64,000 bases of DNA from Bizionia hallyeonensis. Its GTDB lineage: Bacteria > Bacteroidota > Bacteroidia > Flavobacteriales > Flavobacteriaceae. Positions 22,023-32,814 of this stretch are shown here, piece by piece; the stretch's first letter is position 1; each line of letters opens with the position of its first letter. A model generated the notes under the pieces. That model did not search any database, was not told the DNA's origin, and saw nothing but the letters and a program-made list of their open reading frames with translations. The position numbers and the translations under genes were made by a program. The DNA is taken from NCBI RefSeq assembly GCF_042657385.1, contig NZ_JBHSLA010000001.1:376746-440745 (forward strand). The letters run 5' to 3'.

Positions 22023-22072
22023 AATGTCAAAAAAAGCCATAATTTTTAATACGGTTTTTAAATTAAAACCCA

Positions 22073-22080
22073 TATATTTG
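22073..22080 (+). promoter_or_regulatory. Bacteroidota-type -7 box (TAnnTTTG) upstream of atpD
   Basis: TATATTTG lies about 60 nt upstream of the atpD ATG. Confidence 0.3.
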
Positions 22081-22138
22081 CAGCGCGAAAACAGTAGGTG
22101 TTTTCATTGAATTAAATTGCATAATATTAAACACATAA

Positions 22139-23650
<1,512 letters not shown>

Positions 23651-23660
23651 ATCTAGTATG

Positions 23661-23719
23661 CAGTTTGCAGTAGCAGTTTGCAGTAGCAACTGATTGCTGA
23701 ATCCTGAATACTGAATACT
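23661..23719. repeat. short tandem repeats in the atpD-atpC spacer: (CAGTTTGCAGTAG)x2 then (CTGAATM)x3
   Basis: Direct 13-mer duplication at 23661-23686 and a 7-mer triplet at 23697-23719, read directly from the sequence. Confidence 0.7.
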
Positions 23720-23727
23720 TATAAAAT

Positions 23728-24021
23728 ATGTATTTAGAAATTGTATCGCCAGAGGCAACGATATTTAGTTCGGAAGTGGACTCTGTAACAGCACCAGGTG
23801 TTGATGGTGAATTCCAAATGTTAAACAATCACGCACCTATTGTATCTATTTTAACTGAAGGTACTATTAGAATTAATACCCATACACAAAGCCATTTGGT
23901 TTTTGATGAGTTACACGGTTCTATTATTCCTCATAAAGACGATAAGAAGGTACTGACAGTTGCAATCAATTCTGGAACCCTTGAAATGAAAGATAATAAA
24001 GTGATTATTTTAGCAGATTAA
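23728..24021 (+). CDS. atpC: F0F1 ATP synthase subunit epsilon
   Basis: 97 aa immediately downstream of atpD. The beta-sandwich N-terminal pattern (MYLEIVSPE...) is typical of short Bacteroidota epsilon subunits. Confidence 0.8.
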   Translation: MYLEIVSPEATIFSSEVDSVTAPGVDGEFQMLNNHAPIVSILTEGTIRINTHTQSHLVFDELHGSIIPHKDDKKVLTVAINSGTLEMKDNKVIILAD

Positions 24022-24050
24022 TTGCTAATTAAAGATTATAAATAATAAAA

Positions 24051-24079
24051 AGACCTTACTTCCCGTAAGGTCTTTTTAT
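24051..24079 (+). terminator. rho-independent terminator after atpC
   Basis: AGACCTTAC-ttccc-GTAAGGTCT followed by TTTTTAT. Confidence 0.7.
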
Positions 24080-24212
24080 ATTACACCTAAAGGTAAATAG
24101 TGTTCATTTATAGCTTATTTTAAAACTATTATTTTAGGTACCACTCTCCTATTTTCATCTTTAAATTCAACGTTTTCATAAGTACTTATTAACTTAAATA
24201 ATCCATTGTAAA

Positions 24213-26024
24213 TTAAAGCACATTCACTTTAATCTTCTTCCATAACTTAACGAGCATAAATCCAAAAATAATTGAGGCGCCTGTTAGCAAAAGGGCATGG
24301 AGATAATCCCCATAAATAAAATACCCTGTTGCAAACATGACACTGTAAATCATGGCACACCCCACTAACATAGCTAAAATGCCTGATGGTACACTCCACC
24401 CTTCTTTGGTATCCACTACTTCCACATTATCAGCACGTGCTTCATGAACCACTTTATTCCAACCTGGACCGCCTGGTTGAATTTTCTTATAAAATTTCTG
24501 CAATACTGTTTTGCTTTCTGCTTGCGTTAAGAATGTTACCGCAACCCATACTATAGTCGTTACTAAAACAATCATGGGGAATTTTGCCCATCCTGGCATG
24601 AGTGCATCATCACCAAAACAATAGGTTCCCAAATCTGTAAAATTCAAAATAATAGAGACAAATCCGGATACAAACATAGCCGAAATTTCACTCCATGCGT
24701 TTATGCGCCACCAAAACCAGCGCAAAATAAAAATCAAACCAGTTCCTGCTCCAAACATTAAAATAATATCAAACAGTTGTAAGGCATTTGTAAGAACCAA
24801 TGCTAATAACGCACTACAAACCATTAAAACAATAGTCGCAATTCGTCCTACAGCAACCAATTGCTTTTCCGAAGCATCTGGCTTAACTTGCTGTTTGTAA
24901 TAATCGTTTACTATATAGGACGCGCCCCAATTTAGGTGTGTTGAAATGGTACTCATATAAGCCGCAACCAACGACGCTAATACCAAACCTAGTAAACCAC
25001 TTGGCAACTTGGTAAGCATAGCGGAATACGCTAAATCGTGACCTAATTTATCTTCAGCAACTAAAGGAAAGGCTTCATGAATACTGGCAATATCCGGAAA
25101 TACCACCAAGGATGCTAATGCCACAATAATCCAAGGCCAAGGACGCAACGCATAATGCATGATATTAAAAAAGAAAGTCGCACCAATAGCATGATTTTCA
25201 TTTTTTGCGGCCAACATACGTTGGGCAATATAACCACCACCTCCAGGTTCCGCTCCTGGATACCAAGAGCTCCACCATTGTACCGCTAACGGAATAATCA
25301 ATAAAGTAATGAGCGCTTCAGTATTGGTAAAATCTGGTAGGATATTTAATTTATCCGCTACATTTTCATGCTGCAACATGGCTTCCAATCCACCTACTTC
25401 AGGCAAACCCACTAAATAATAGGCAGCACCTAACGCACCAGCCATAGCCGTAAAGAATAAAATAAAATCTGTATAAACAACACCTTTAAAACCACCCAAA
25501 GCACTAAAAATAACGGTTATGGTTCCAGCATATATAACGGTTTCCCAAGGTTGTAAGCCCAACAGAATAGCACCAATTTTTATGGCTGCTAAGGTTACGG
25601 CAGACATGGCTAAAATATTAAAAATAATGCCTAGATAAATGGCGCGAAAGGCTCTTAAAAAACGCGCTGGTTTTCCACCATAGCGCAATTCATAAAACTC
25701 GATATCTGTGTTGACTTCCGATTTTCGCCACAACTTCGCATATACAAATACGGTTAATAAACCTGTTAGCAGAAACGCCCACCAAACCCAGTTTCCAGAA
25801 ACCCCATTGGTTCTCACAATATCGGTTACTAAATTGGGTGTATCCGTAGAAAAGGTTGTTGCTACCATAGAAACTCCTAACAACCACCAAGGCATATTCC
25901 GTCCTGACAAAAAATACTCGGAAGCCGATTTTCCAGATTGCTTGGAAACGTAAATTCCTATAAAAAGCGTAATTGCAAAAAATATAATAATTAAAGAGAC
26001 ATCAAGTACAGATAATTCTACCAT
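24213..26024 (-). CDS. sodium:solute symporter (SSS/SLC5) family transporter
   Basis: 603 aa, about 13-14 TM helices. GGFKGVVYTDFILF and the general SSS topology. Confidence 0.85.
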   Translation of the reverse strand: MVELSVLDVSLIIIFFAITLFIGIYVSKQSGKSASEYFLSGRNMPWWLLGVSMVATTFSTDTPNLVTDIVRTNGVSGNWVWWAFLLTGLLTVFVYAKLWRKSEVNTDIEFYELRYGGKPARFLRAFRAIYLGIIFNILAMSAVTLAAIKIGAILLGLQPWETVIYAGTITVIFSALGGFKGVVYTDFILFFTAMAGALGAAYYLVGLPEVGGLEAMLQHENVADKLNILPDFTNTEALITLLIIPLAVQWWSSWYPGAEPGGGGYIAQRMLAAKNENHAIGATFFFNIMHYALRPWPWIIVALASLVVFPDIASIHEAFPLVAEDKLGHDLAYSAMLTKLPSGLLGLVLASLVAAYMSTISTHLNWGASYIVNDYYKQQVKPDASEKQLVAVGRIATIVLMVCSALLALVLTNALQLFDIILMFGAGTGLIFILRWFWWRINAWSEISAMFVSGFVSIILNFTDLGTYCFGDDALMPGWAKFPMIVLVTTIVWVAVTFLTQAESKTVLQKFYKKIQPGGPGWNKVVHEARADNVEVVDTKEGWSVPSGILAMLVGCAMIYSVMFATGYFIYGDYLHALLLTGASIIFGFMLVKLWKKIKVNVL

Positions 26025-26062
26025 AAATCGTGACCGTTTTTCTTTGGAATAGTTAGGCTAAC

Positions 26063-26503
26063 TTACACTTTTTTAATCACATTAGTAACAATACCCCAAA
26101 TAACAAAATCGTTTTCTTCCGTAATTTTTATGGGTTGATACATGGCATTTTCTGGCTGTAACCAAACACCATCTTTTTCAACACGCAGGCGTTTTACCGT
26201 AAATTCGCCATCTAAGAAACAAACAGCAATTCGGTTATTTATGGGTTCTAAACTTCTATCAATAACCAGTAAATCATTATCATCTAAACCAGCATCTATC
26301 ATACTCTGCCCAGAAACACGTGCGTAAAATGTGGTCATTTTATTTTTGACCAACATACTGTCTAATGACAAACGTTCCTCATTAAAATCTTCAACTGGCG
26401 CAGGAAATCCTGCTGATATTCCAGTATCAACAAAAACAGCTCCTGTATTCACAGATAAATCAGGTGTAAAGAAAGTCAAGGGATTGGCGGTTTGAAGTCT
26501 CAT
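26063..26503 (-). CDS. UmuD-like S24 LexA/UmuD-family peptidase (no HTH domain)
   Basis: 146 aa. Ser-Lys dyad region VSGQSMIDAGLDDNDLLVIDRS ... FTVKRL. Lacks an N-terminal DNA-binding domain, so it is UmuD-like rather than LexA. Confidence 0.7.
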   Translation of the reverse strand: MRLQTANPLTFFTPDLSVNTGAVFVDTGISAGFPAPVEDFNEERLSLDSMLVKNKMTTFYARVSGQSMIDAGLDDNDLLVIDRSLEPINNRIAVCFLDGEFTVKRLRVEKDGVWLQPENAMYQPIKITEENDFVIWGIVTNVIKKV

Positions 26504-26705
26504 GGTTTTGGTTTTGAATTATTTATGTCATGCAATAATTTGAATTTGATATGTGAAGGAATCATGTACTAGATTTCATCAAAATAATGCCATTCAAGTG
26601 TGTGCGGTATAAATCTAATAATAAATTCTGAAATCAGACGATAACTAGGTGAAATCTAAAGAATTTATATTTTAAAGGAAAATTCTTTCCGTATTTTTAC
26701 ATATT

Positions 26706-27119
26706 ATGGAAGACACCTTTAAAACCATTACTGTATTTCAGTACACCACAGAAGCCGAAATTATAAAAGGCAGACTAGAAGCCGAAGGCATCGAGGTATT
26801 TTTAACGGACTACACAACAATTGACACCAACCCAATTGTCAGTAACGCTATTGGAGGCGTAAAACTGAAAGTATGTGCCGAACAGGAAGCTGAAGCTATT
26901 GCCATTTTAAAATCTATTTCTAGTTACTCCTTGGATAATGATGGTCATGCCATTAGTTGCCCAAATTGCCAAGAAACTAAAATAGAACTATTTTCAACTA
27001 TTAAAGATTTAAAATCCTTTATGGCATTTTTAGTAGGCTTTGTTTTTGGCACATTGCCATTTCACACACGGTATAACTACCGTTGTGAGAATTGTAAAAC
27101 AGAATTCCCTATAGAATAA
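26706..27119 (+). CDS. DUF2007-like (putative signal-transducing) domain protein with a C-terminal Cys4 zinc ribbon
   Basis: N-terminal VFQYTTEAEIIKGRLEAEGIEVFLTDY resembles DUF2007. C-terminal CPNCQ...CENCK zinc ribbon. Confidence 0.45.
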   Translation: MEDTFKTITVFQYTTEAEIIKGRLEAEGIEVFLTDYTTIDTNPIVSNAIGGVKLKVCAEQEAEAIAILKSISSYSLDNDGHAISCPNCQETKIELFSTIKDLKSFMAFLVGFVFGTLPFHTRYNYRCENCKTEFPIE

Positions 27120-27129
27120 ATTGCGCGTT

Positions 27130-28635
27130 TTAATCACCCTTTTGGCTAACCACAGCATCATAACTTGTTTTTAATTTTTGGACAACTACGCCAATATCGG
27201 CTTCATTTAAATGGCCAAATCCAAGTCTAATAGCGCAAATATCTTTATTTTGATAGAGAATGGTTTTGGGTAAAAACAAATCGTTTTCTTTGGCTTTTTT
27301 AGTCAATTCAACAAGCGAAATCCGCGGTTCTAATCGCAACCAAATAGCCAAACCGCCTGCAGGTAGTTCCCAAGTGGCACGCGATTTAAAATGTTCTTTT
27401 AGTTGTTCGATCAAATAATCACGTCTTTGCTTATAAACAGTAATATTCTTTTTAATTAACCGATGAATTTCGCCTTCCGAAATAAGTTCAGAAAGCATTT
27501 GCTTCTGGATTAAATCGCCTTGTTTATCTAGTATTTGTAAATAGTTTTTCGCTTCGTTTATAATCGTCTCTGGAGCAACTACAAATCCGATTTGAAAACT
27601 CGGAAAAAACGACTGTCCTAATTTCCCTAAATAGATTACAACACCATGCGCATCCGAACTTGCCATAGGTAACATGGCTGAGCCTTCAAATTGAAAATCA
27701 TAATCAAAATCGTCTTCAATAATCGCAAATTGATAGGCTTTTGCTAATTGCAATAATTTTAAACGTCTTTCAGCACTCAACGTTACAGTTGTTGGATAAT
27801 GCCTGTGCGCACAAACATATACACACCTGATGCTGCGCTTGGTAAAATGGGTTTTAATATAATCCACATCAATCCCATGCTCGTCCACTGGAATGGTGAT
27901 AATATTAGCACCAGCTTGTTGAAAAATCATATTCGATTTATAGTGACTTAAATCGGCTACCAAAACCACATCGGCTTGTTTTATTAAAAGTTGCGACACG
28001 ATATATAAACTCATTTCCGTACTTCGTGTGCTCATAATATTTTGCGGTTTAATATGAAAACCACGTGTGGCGTTTAAATAATTACTTAAGTGTAAGTTAA
28101 AGGTTGTTGCCGATTGCTCATTTGTCTGATTCCATTTAGAAATTAAAGGCGCGCGTTTCATAGATGCACTATACCAGCGAGAAAATTGATGCGTTGGATG
28201 CAGCCTTAAATCAGGTTGACCATCATTAATCACATAATTAGTAACCGATATTTCCTGGGTTGACGCTAAATTAAACGACGATTGAAATGGAAATCCGGTT
28301 GTATTTGGATAATCACGCAACTTTTCTAAACCTTGAGATGTAGCTTTTATACTTGCCGTTTTTTGTTCCGGCATCAAGACAAAAGTCCCCTTATTTGGCA
28401 TGATTTCCACCCAACCTTGAGATGCTAATTCTTCATAAACAGCCACAGCTGTATTTCTATTAATGGAAAGTATATCACTTAAAATACGTGTGCCTGGCAA
28501 AGCGGTTCCTTCAATTAAATAACTTCGTTGAATGGCATTAATAATTTGCTGCGCAATTTGAATATACACCGCCGTTACTTGCGATTTTTCGAAGTGAATT
28601 AATTTTTTTAATAAATCATTAACCGGACTATTCAT
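27130..28635 (-). CDS. MocR-family regulator (GntR HTH fused to a PLP-dependent aminotransferase-like domain)
   Basis: N-terminal GntR wHTH (GTALPGTRILSDILSINRNTAVAVYEEL) and a roughly 380-aa class I/II aminotransferase-fold C-terminus. Confidence 0.85.
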   Translation of the reverse strand: MNSPVNDLLKKLIHFEKSQVTAVYIQIAQQIINAIQRSYLIEGTALPGTRILSDILSINRNTAVAVYEELASQGWVEIMPNKGTFVLMPEQKTASIKATSQGLEKLRDYPNTTGFPFQSSFNLASTQEISVTNYVINDGQPDLRLHPTHQFSRWYSASMKRAPLISKWNQTNEQSATTFNLHLSNYLNATRGFHIKPQNIMSTRSTEMSLYIVSQLLIKQADVVLVADLSHYKSNMIFQQAGANIITIPVDEHGIDVDYIKTHFTKRSIRCVYVCAHRHYPTTVTLSAERRLKLLQLAKAYQFAIIEDDFDYDFQFEGSAMLPMASSDAHGVVIYLGKLGQSFFPSFQIGFVVAPETIINEAKNYLQILDKQGDLIQKQMLSELISEGEIHRLIKKNITVYKQRRDYLIEQLKEHFKSRATWELPAGGLAIWLRLEPRISLVELTKKAKENDLFLPKTILYQNKDICAIRLGFGHLNEADIGVVVQKLKTSYDAVVSQKGD

Positions 28636-28715
28636 AAGTTTAAAACTGGACTAGTTTAGTGATCCGGAAAGTTACGACTTTTGCCACCTTATAAAAAACA
28701 CGAATTACCATTCTT

Positions 28716-30530
28716 ATGAAATTATTTCCGTTAGTTACCTTATTGCTTATTTTTTCGTTTAAAGGAAACGCCCAAGAATCACCACAGCAGGCTCTAGATT
28801 CCGTTGTTATCACGTCCAGCCGAATTGATTTACCTTTTAAAGAAAACTCTAGAACCATTTCCATTATAACAAGTGCCGATATAAAAAACAGTGCTACCAC
28901 TAATGTTGCCGATTTATTACAACAAGTTGCAGGTGTTGATGTCAGGCGTCGTGGAGCCGATGGTACCCAAGCCGATTTATACATTCGTGGTGGTAGCTTT
29001 GACCAAACCTTATTGCTTATTGATGGCATGAAACTAGAAGATGCACAAACAGGGCATCACACCTTAAATATGGCATTGCCTTTAGAAGTTATTGAGCGCA
29101 TTGAAGTTATAAAAGGTCCTGCAGCGCGCGTGTTTGGCCAGAATGCCTTTACAGGTGCTATTAATATTATCACAAAAAAACAAACAGATAATATGGTGTC
29201 GCTTGGTGTACAAGTTGGTTCTTTCGGTCAGAAAAATGCGGATATTACAGTTGGAAGCAACTTGGAAAATTCGTCTCATATTATTAGTGTCTCTCGCAAT
29301 CTATCTGATGGTTACCGTTACAATACGGATTATGATAATCAAAGTTACTTTATTAAAAGTATGTTTAATAAGAATAAACTGCCCATTTCATTTATTGCTA
29401 ATTATCAAGAACGCAAATTTGGTGCTAATGGTTTTTATGCATCACCAGCTGCAAAAGATCAATATGAAGAAACCCAAACCAGCTTGGTTGGTTTTTCAAC
29501 AGAAATAAAATCGGAAAAATTTACCTGGAAGCCACGTTTATATTGGCGTAGAAACCAAGATATGTACGTGTTTATTCGAGATAATCCATCGGTTTATAGA
29601 AATTTACATCAAACCAATAAAATTGCAGCTGAAGTCAATGCATCCTATAAATCAGCATTAGGAATTACGGGTTTTGGTGTCGATTTATCACAAACCTATA
29701 TTGCTAGTAATAATTTAGGCAACCATAACCGTTTTGCTACCAACCTATTTTTAGAACATCGGTTTACGTTTTTAAATGATGCACTTTCAATAACACCAGG
29801 AATTGCGGTTAGTTATTTTTCTGACTTTAAATTTCATGCTTTTCCAGGTGTGGATATCGGTTATCAAATGTCGGATAATTTTCAATTGTATGGAAACATC
29901 GGTTACACCTATCGGGTTCCAACCTACACGGATTTGTATTATTCAAGCCCAACAGAATTGGGTAATGACAATTTAGATCCGGAAGAAGCCATTTCGGAAG
30001 AATTTGGCATAAAGTTTCATCATAAAGGATTCCGTATTTCTGGTGCATTTTTTAACAGAGATTCTAAAAAATTAATCGACTATGTAAAGGACGATATTGC
30101 AGATCCATGGCAAGCCACTAATATAGCGGAATTGAATACTATGGGTTTTGAAGCACAAACAGATTACACCTTTTTCATGGCCAATTTTACGCAGAACATG
30201 AGTTTTGGCTACACCTTTTTAGAAGACGATTTAAAAGATGTATCATCTAACTTTTCACGCTATTCAATAAACTCGTTAAAGCATCAATTTGTGGCAACTT
30301 TTAGGAGTCAATTTTTCAAAAACCTATCACAATCCATCGTATATCGTTATGCCGAACGGACTATTGGTGACAGTTACAATGTGTATGATGCCAGTATTAA
30401 TTACGAATTCAACGCCTTTCAGTTTTCAGTAACCGCTAACAATATTTTTCAAGCAGACTATACAGAAACCAATTTAGTACCTGCTGTAAAAGGGCTTGTT
30501 TTGTTCGGATTAAAATACAACTTTAAGTAG
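28716..30530 (+). CDS. TonB-dependent receptor (small, about 600 aa, BtuB/siderophore-receptor class)
   Basis: Signal peptide. Plug with TonB-box-like DSVVITSSRIDLPF. Barrel ending ...GLKYNFK. Confidence 0.8.
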   Translation: MKLFPLVTLLLIFSFKGNAQESPQQALDSVVITSSRIDLPFKENSRTISIITSADIKNSATTNVADLLQQVAGVDVRRRGADGTQADLYIRGGSFDQTLLLIDGMKLEDAQTGHHTLNMALPLEVIERIEVIKGPAARVFGQNAFTGAINIITKKQTDNMVSLGVQVGSFGQKNADITVGSNLENSSHIISVSRNLSDGYRYNTDYDNQSYFIKSMFNKNKLPISFIANYQERKFGANGFYASPAAKDQYEETQTSLVGFSTEIKSEKFTWKPRLYWRRNQDMYVFIRDNPSVYRNLHQTNKIAAEVNASYKSALGITGFGVDLSQTYIASNNLGNHNRFATNLFLEHRFTFLNDALSITPGIAVSYFSDFKFHAFPGVDIGYQMSDNFQLYGNIGYTYRVPTYTDLYYSSPTELGNDNLDPEEAISEEFGIKFHHKGFRISGAFFNRDSKKLIDYVKDDIADPWQATNIAELNTMGFEAQTDYTFFMANFTQNMSFGYTFLEDDLKDVSSNFSRYSINSLKHQFVATFRSQFFKNLSQSIVYRYAERTIGDSYNVYDASINYEFNAFQFSVTANNIFQADYTETNLVPAVKGLVLFGLKYNFK

Positions 30531-30706
30531 GAAGCTATTGCATTGTTCTAAATCTAACAGGTTTTAAAAAGCCTGTTAGGTTTGCATAGGTCTGGGCTTG
30601 TTTTGTAACAAAAATCTATTTAAAGCTACTTATATAATAAATTCTTTAAATGCATTGTAGGAATGCCTTAAAGGTTTATATTTAAAACTTATAATCTGTA
30701 CATGTT

Positions 30707-31276
30707 ATGATGGAGTGGTTTTCAGCTTTAGAATTATTTGCGAAATTTTATTGGGCAATAGCATTAATTGGTTCGCTTTTCTTTTTATTTATCATCATTA
30801 CAACCTTTATGGGTGCTGATGGCGGCGAAGATATTGATGATATTAACGCAGAAGCTGGTATTGAATTTCAATTTATCACCTTTAAAAACCTCGTCGGTTT
30901 CTTCACCATTTTTGGCTGGAGTGGAATTGCCTGTTTAGATGCTGGCCTTTCAAAACCTGTAACCGTTATTATTTCATTCATTAGTGGTTTATTAATGATG
31001 ACCATTATGGCGGCCATGTTTCACTACATGAAAAAATTAACTTCTAGTGGTACCTTAGATTATAAAAATGCTATTAATGCGGTTGGCGAAGTATATTTAA
31101 CTATAGGCGCTAATCGGTCCAAAATTGGTAAAGTCAGTGTTAATATCCAAGGATCGCTTCGCGAATTAGATGCTTTAACCGATTGTAAAACCGCCCTTAA
31201 GTATGGAACCGTTATTACTGTTTTAGACGTAACTTCTAATGGTATTTTAATAGTTGATACGCATAAAACCACATAA
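30707..31276 (+). CDS. NfeD-like membrane protein (N-terminal TM helices plus C-terminal OB-fold), flotillin partner
   Basis: Three hydrophobic helices followed by a soluble beta-rich C-terminus (KIGKVSVNIQGSLRELDALTD...VITVLDVTSNGILIV). Lies 18 nt upstream of the flotillin gene, the classic NfeD-SPFH arrangement. Confidence 0.55.
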   Translation: MMEWFSALELFAKFYWAIALIGSLFFLFIIITTFMGADGGEDIDDINAEAGIEFQFITFKNLVGFFTIFGWSGIACLDAGLSKPVTVIISFISGLLMMTIMAAMFHYMKKLTSSGTLDYKNAINAVGEVYLTIGANRSKIGKVSVNIQGSLRELDALTDCKTALKYGTVITVLDVTSNGILIVDTHKTT

Positions 31277-31294
31277 ATCTAACTCCTTAACCTT

Positions 31295-32707
31295 ATGACA
31301 TTTCTTTTTACCCAAGCTTTTAATTTAGGATTTCCTATTGCCATAGTTGCAGCCATTCTATTTGTTTTTGTTTTCATAGTTGTACTTATCAGGCGCTATA
31401 AAAGGTGTCCTTCTGACAGGATTTTAGTTGTTTATGGAAAAGTAGGCGGTGGTCAATCGGCCAAATGTATTCATGGTGGTGCTGCATTTATTCTCCCTGT
31501 AATTCAAGATTATGAATTCTTGGAATTAACTCCTATTTCCATTGAAGTGAATTTGGTTAACGCCTTATCAAAACAAAATATCCGTGTTAACGTACCATCT
31601 CGTTTCACCATTGGTGTGTCAACAGAACCGGGTGTGATGCAAAATGCTGCGGAACGTTTATTGGGTTTAGGGCAAAATGAAATTCAGGATTTAGCTCAAG
31701 AAATTATATTTGGTCAGTTACGTTTAGTAGTGGCATCTATGGATATTGAAGAAATAAATAATGATCGCGATAAATTTTTAACTAACATTTCAGAAAGTGT
31801 AGAAACCGAATTAAAGAAAGTAGGTTTAAAATTAATCAACGTAAACATTACAGATATTGTTGACGAGTCTGGTTATATTGAAGCTCTTGGTAAAGAAGCT
31901 GCTGCACATGCTATTAATGCCGCGCGTAAATCGGTTGCCGAGAAAACAAGAGATGGATCTATTGGAGAAGCCAATGCGGTTCAAGATGAAAGAAGTCAAG
32001 TTGCTGCTGCCAATGCACAAGCTGTAGAAGGTGAAAATACCGCAAAAATTGCCGTTGCAAATTCAGATTCTTTACGTCGTCAACGTGAAGCTGAAGCAGA
32101 ACGTATTGCCAATGCATCGGAAAAAGTTCAAGCAGCAAAAGCATTAGAAGAATCGTATGCAGCCGAGCAATTGGCAGAAACGGCAAGAGCCGAACGTGAG
32201 CGTTCTTCTCAGCTAGCGGATGTTATTGTACCTGCAGAAATTGATAAACGAAAAGTTGAAATTGATGCTGAAGCCGAAGCTGAGCGTATTCGAAGACTTG
32301 CTAAAGGTGAAGCAGATGCTATTTTATTTAAAGCTCAAGCTGAAGCTCAAGGTTTATATGAAGTACTAACCAAACAAGCAGCTGGTTTAGATGAGATTGT
32401 AAAAGCTGCTGGTAACAACTCCAAAGACGCCGTATTATTACTTATTGCTGATAAATTACCAGAATTGGTGAAAATGCAAGCGGAAGCTATTAAAAATATT
32501 AAGATTGATAAAGTAACCGTTTGGGAAAATGGTGGTGGAAAAGATGGGAAAACCTCAACTGCCAATTTCCTTTCAGGTATGTACAAATCAGTGCCGCCAC
32601 TACAGGAAATGTTTAACATGGCCGGAATGGAATTACCAGAATATTTAAAAGGTAAAGATATTCCGGAAGCAGAAGTTACGGACAAAACAAAATCAGACAA
32701 CAAATAA
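31295..32707 (+). CDS. flotillin-like SPFH/band-7 protein (YqiK-like)
   Basis: N-terminal TM, SPFH domain, then a long Ala/Glu-rich coiled coil (EAEAERIANASEKVQAAKALEE...). 470 aa. Confidence 0.85.
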   Translation: MTFLFTQAFNLGFPIAIVAAILFVFVFIVVLIRRYKRCPSDRILVVYGKVGGGQSAKCIHGGAAFILPVIQDYEFLELTPISIEVNLVNALSKQNIRVNVPSRFTIGVSTEPGVMQNAAERLLGLGQNEIQDLAQEIIFGQLRLVVASMDIEEINNDRDKFLTNISESVETELKKVGLKLINVNITDIVDESGYIEALGKEAAAHAINAARKSVAEKTRDGSIGEANAVQDERSQVAAANAQAVEGENTAKIAVANSDSLRRQREAEAERIANASEKVQAAKALEESYAAEQLAETARAERERSSQLADVIVPAEIDKRKVEIDAEAEAERIRRLAKGEADAILFKAQAEAQGLYEVLTKQAAGLDEIVKAAGNNSKDAVLLLIADKLPELVKMQAEAIKNIKIDKVTVWENGGGKDGKTSTANFLSGMYKSVPPLQEMFNMAGMELPEYLKGKDIPEAEVTDKTKSDNK

Positions 32708-32814
32708 TTCAAATTGTTTCTTAAGGGTTCAAATTTAGACATAAATTGAACGGTAGTTTCACCATTTTGTTTGCTTACAATTCCTTAACTTTGATGTTCT
32801 AAAAGTTTTGAGCA

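Noticed and set aside
24703-26327. ORFs 24703..24900, 25690..25890, 25708..25953, 26142..26327 overlapping the SSS transporter and umuD-like genes
   Set aside because: Shadow ORFs.
26504-26705. LexA/SOS box upstream of the umuD-like gene
   Set aside because: No convincing palindrome of the CTGT-N8-ACAG or other known LexA types was seen by eye. Left as an open check rather than a feature.
28636-28715. Possible cobalamin/TPP riboswitch upstream of the 600-aa TonB-dependent receptor
   Set aside because: The spacer is only about 80 bp and lacks the conserved B12-box or THI-box sequences.
28640-30048. ORFs 28640..29029(-), 29082..29279(-), 29134..29508(+, alternate frame), 29827..30048(-) overlapping the 600-aa TBDR
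   Set aside because: The TBDR reading frame has plug and barrel motifs. The others are out-of-frame or antisense with low-complexity translations.
31060-32742. ORFs 31060..31272, 31832..32020, 31959..32186, 32347..32742 overlapping the NfeD/flotillin genes
   Set aside because: Antisense to the SPFH/coiled-coil coding region. The GC-skewed Ala/Glu codons create long antisense ORFs.
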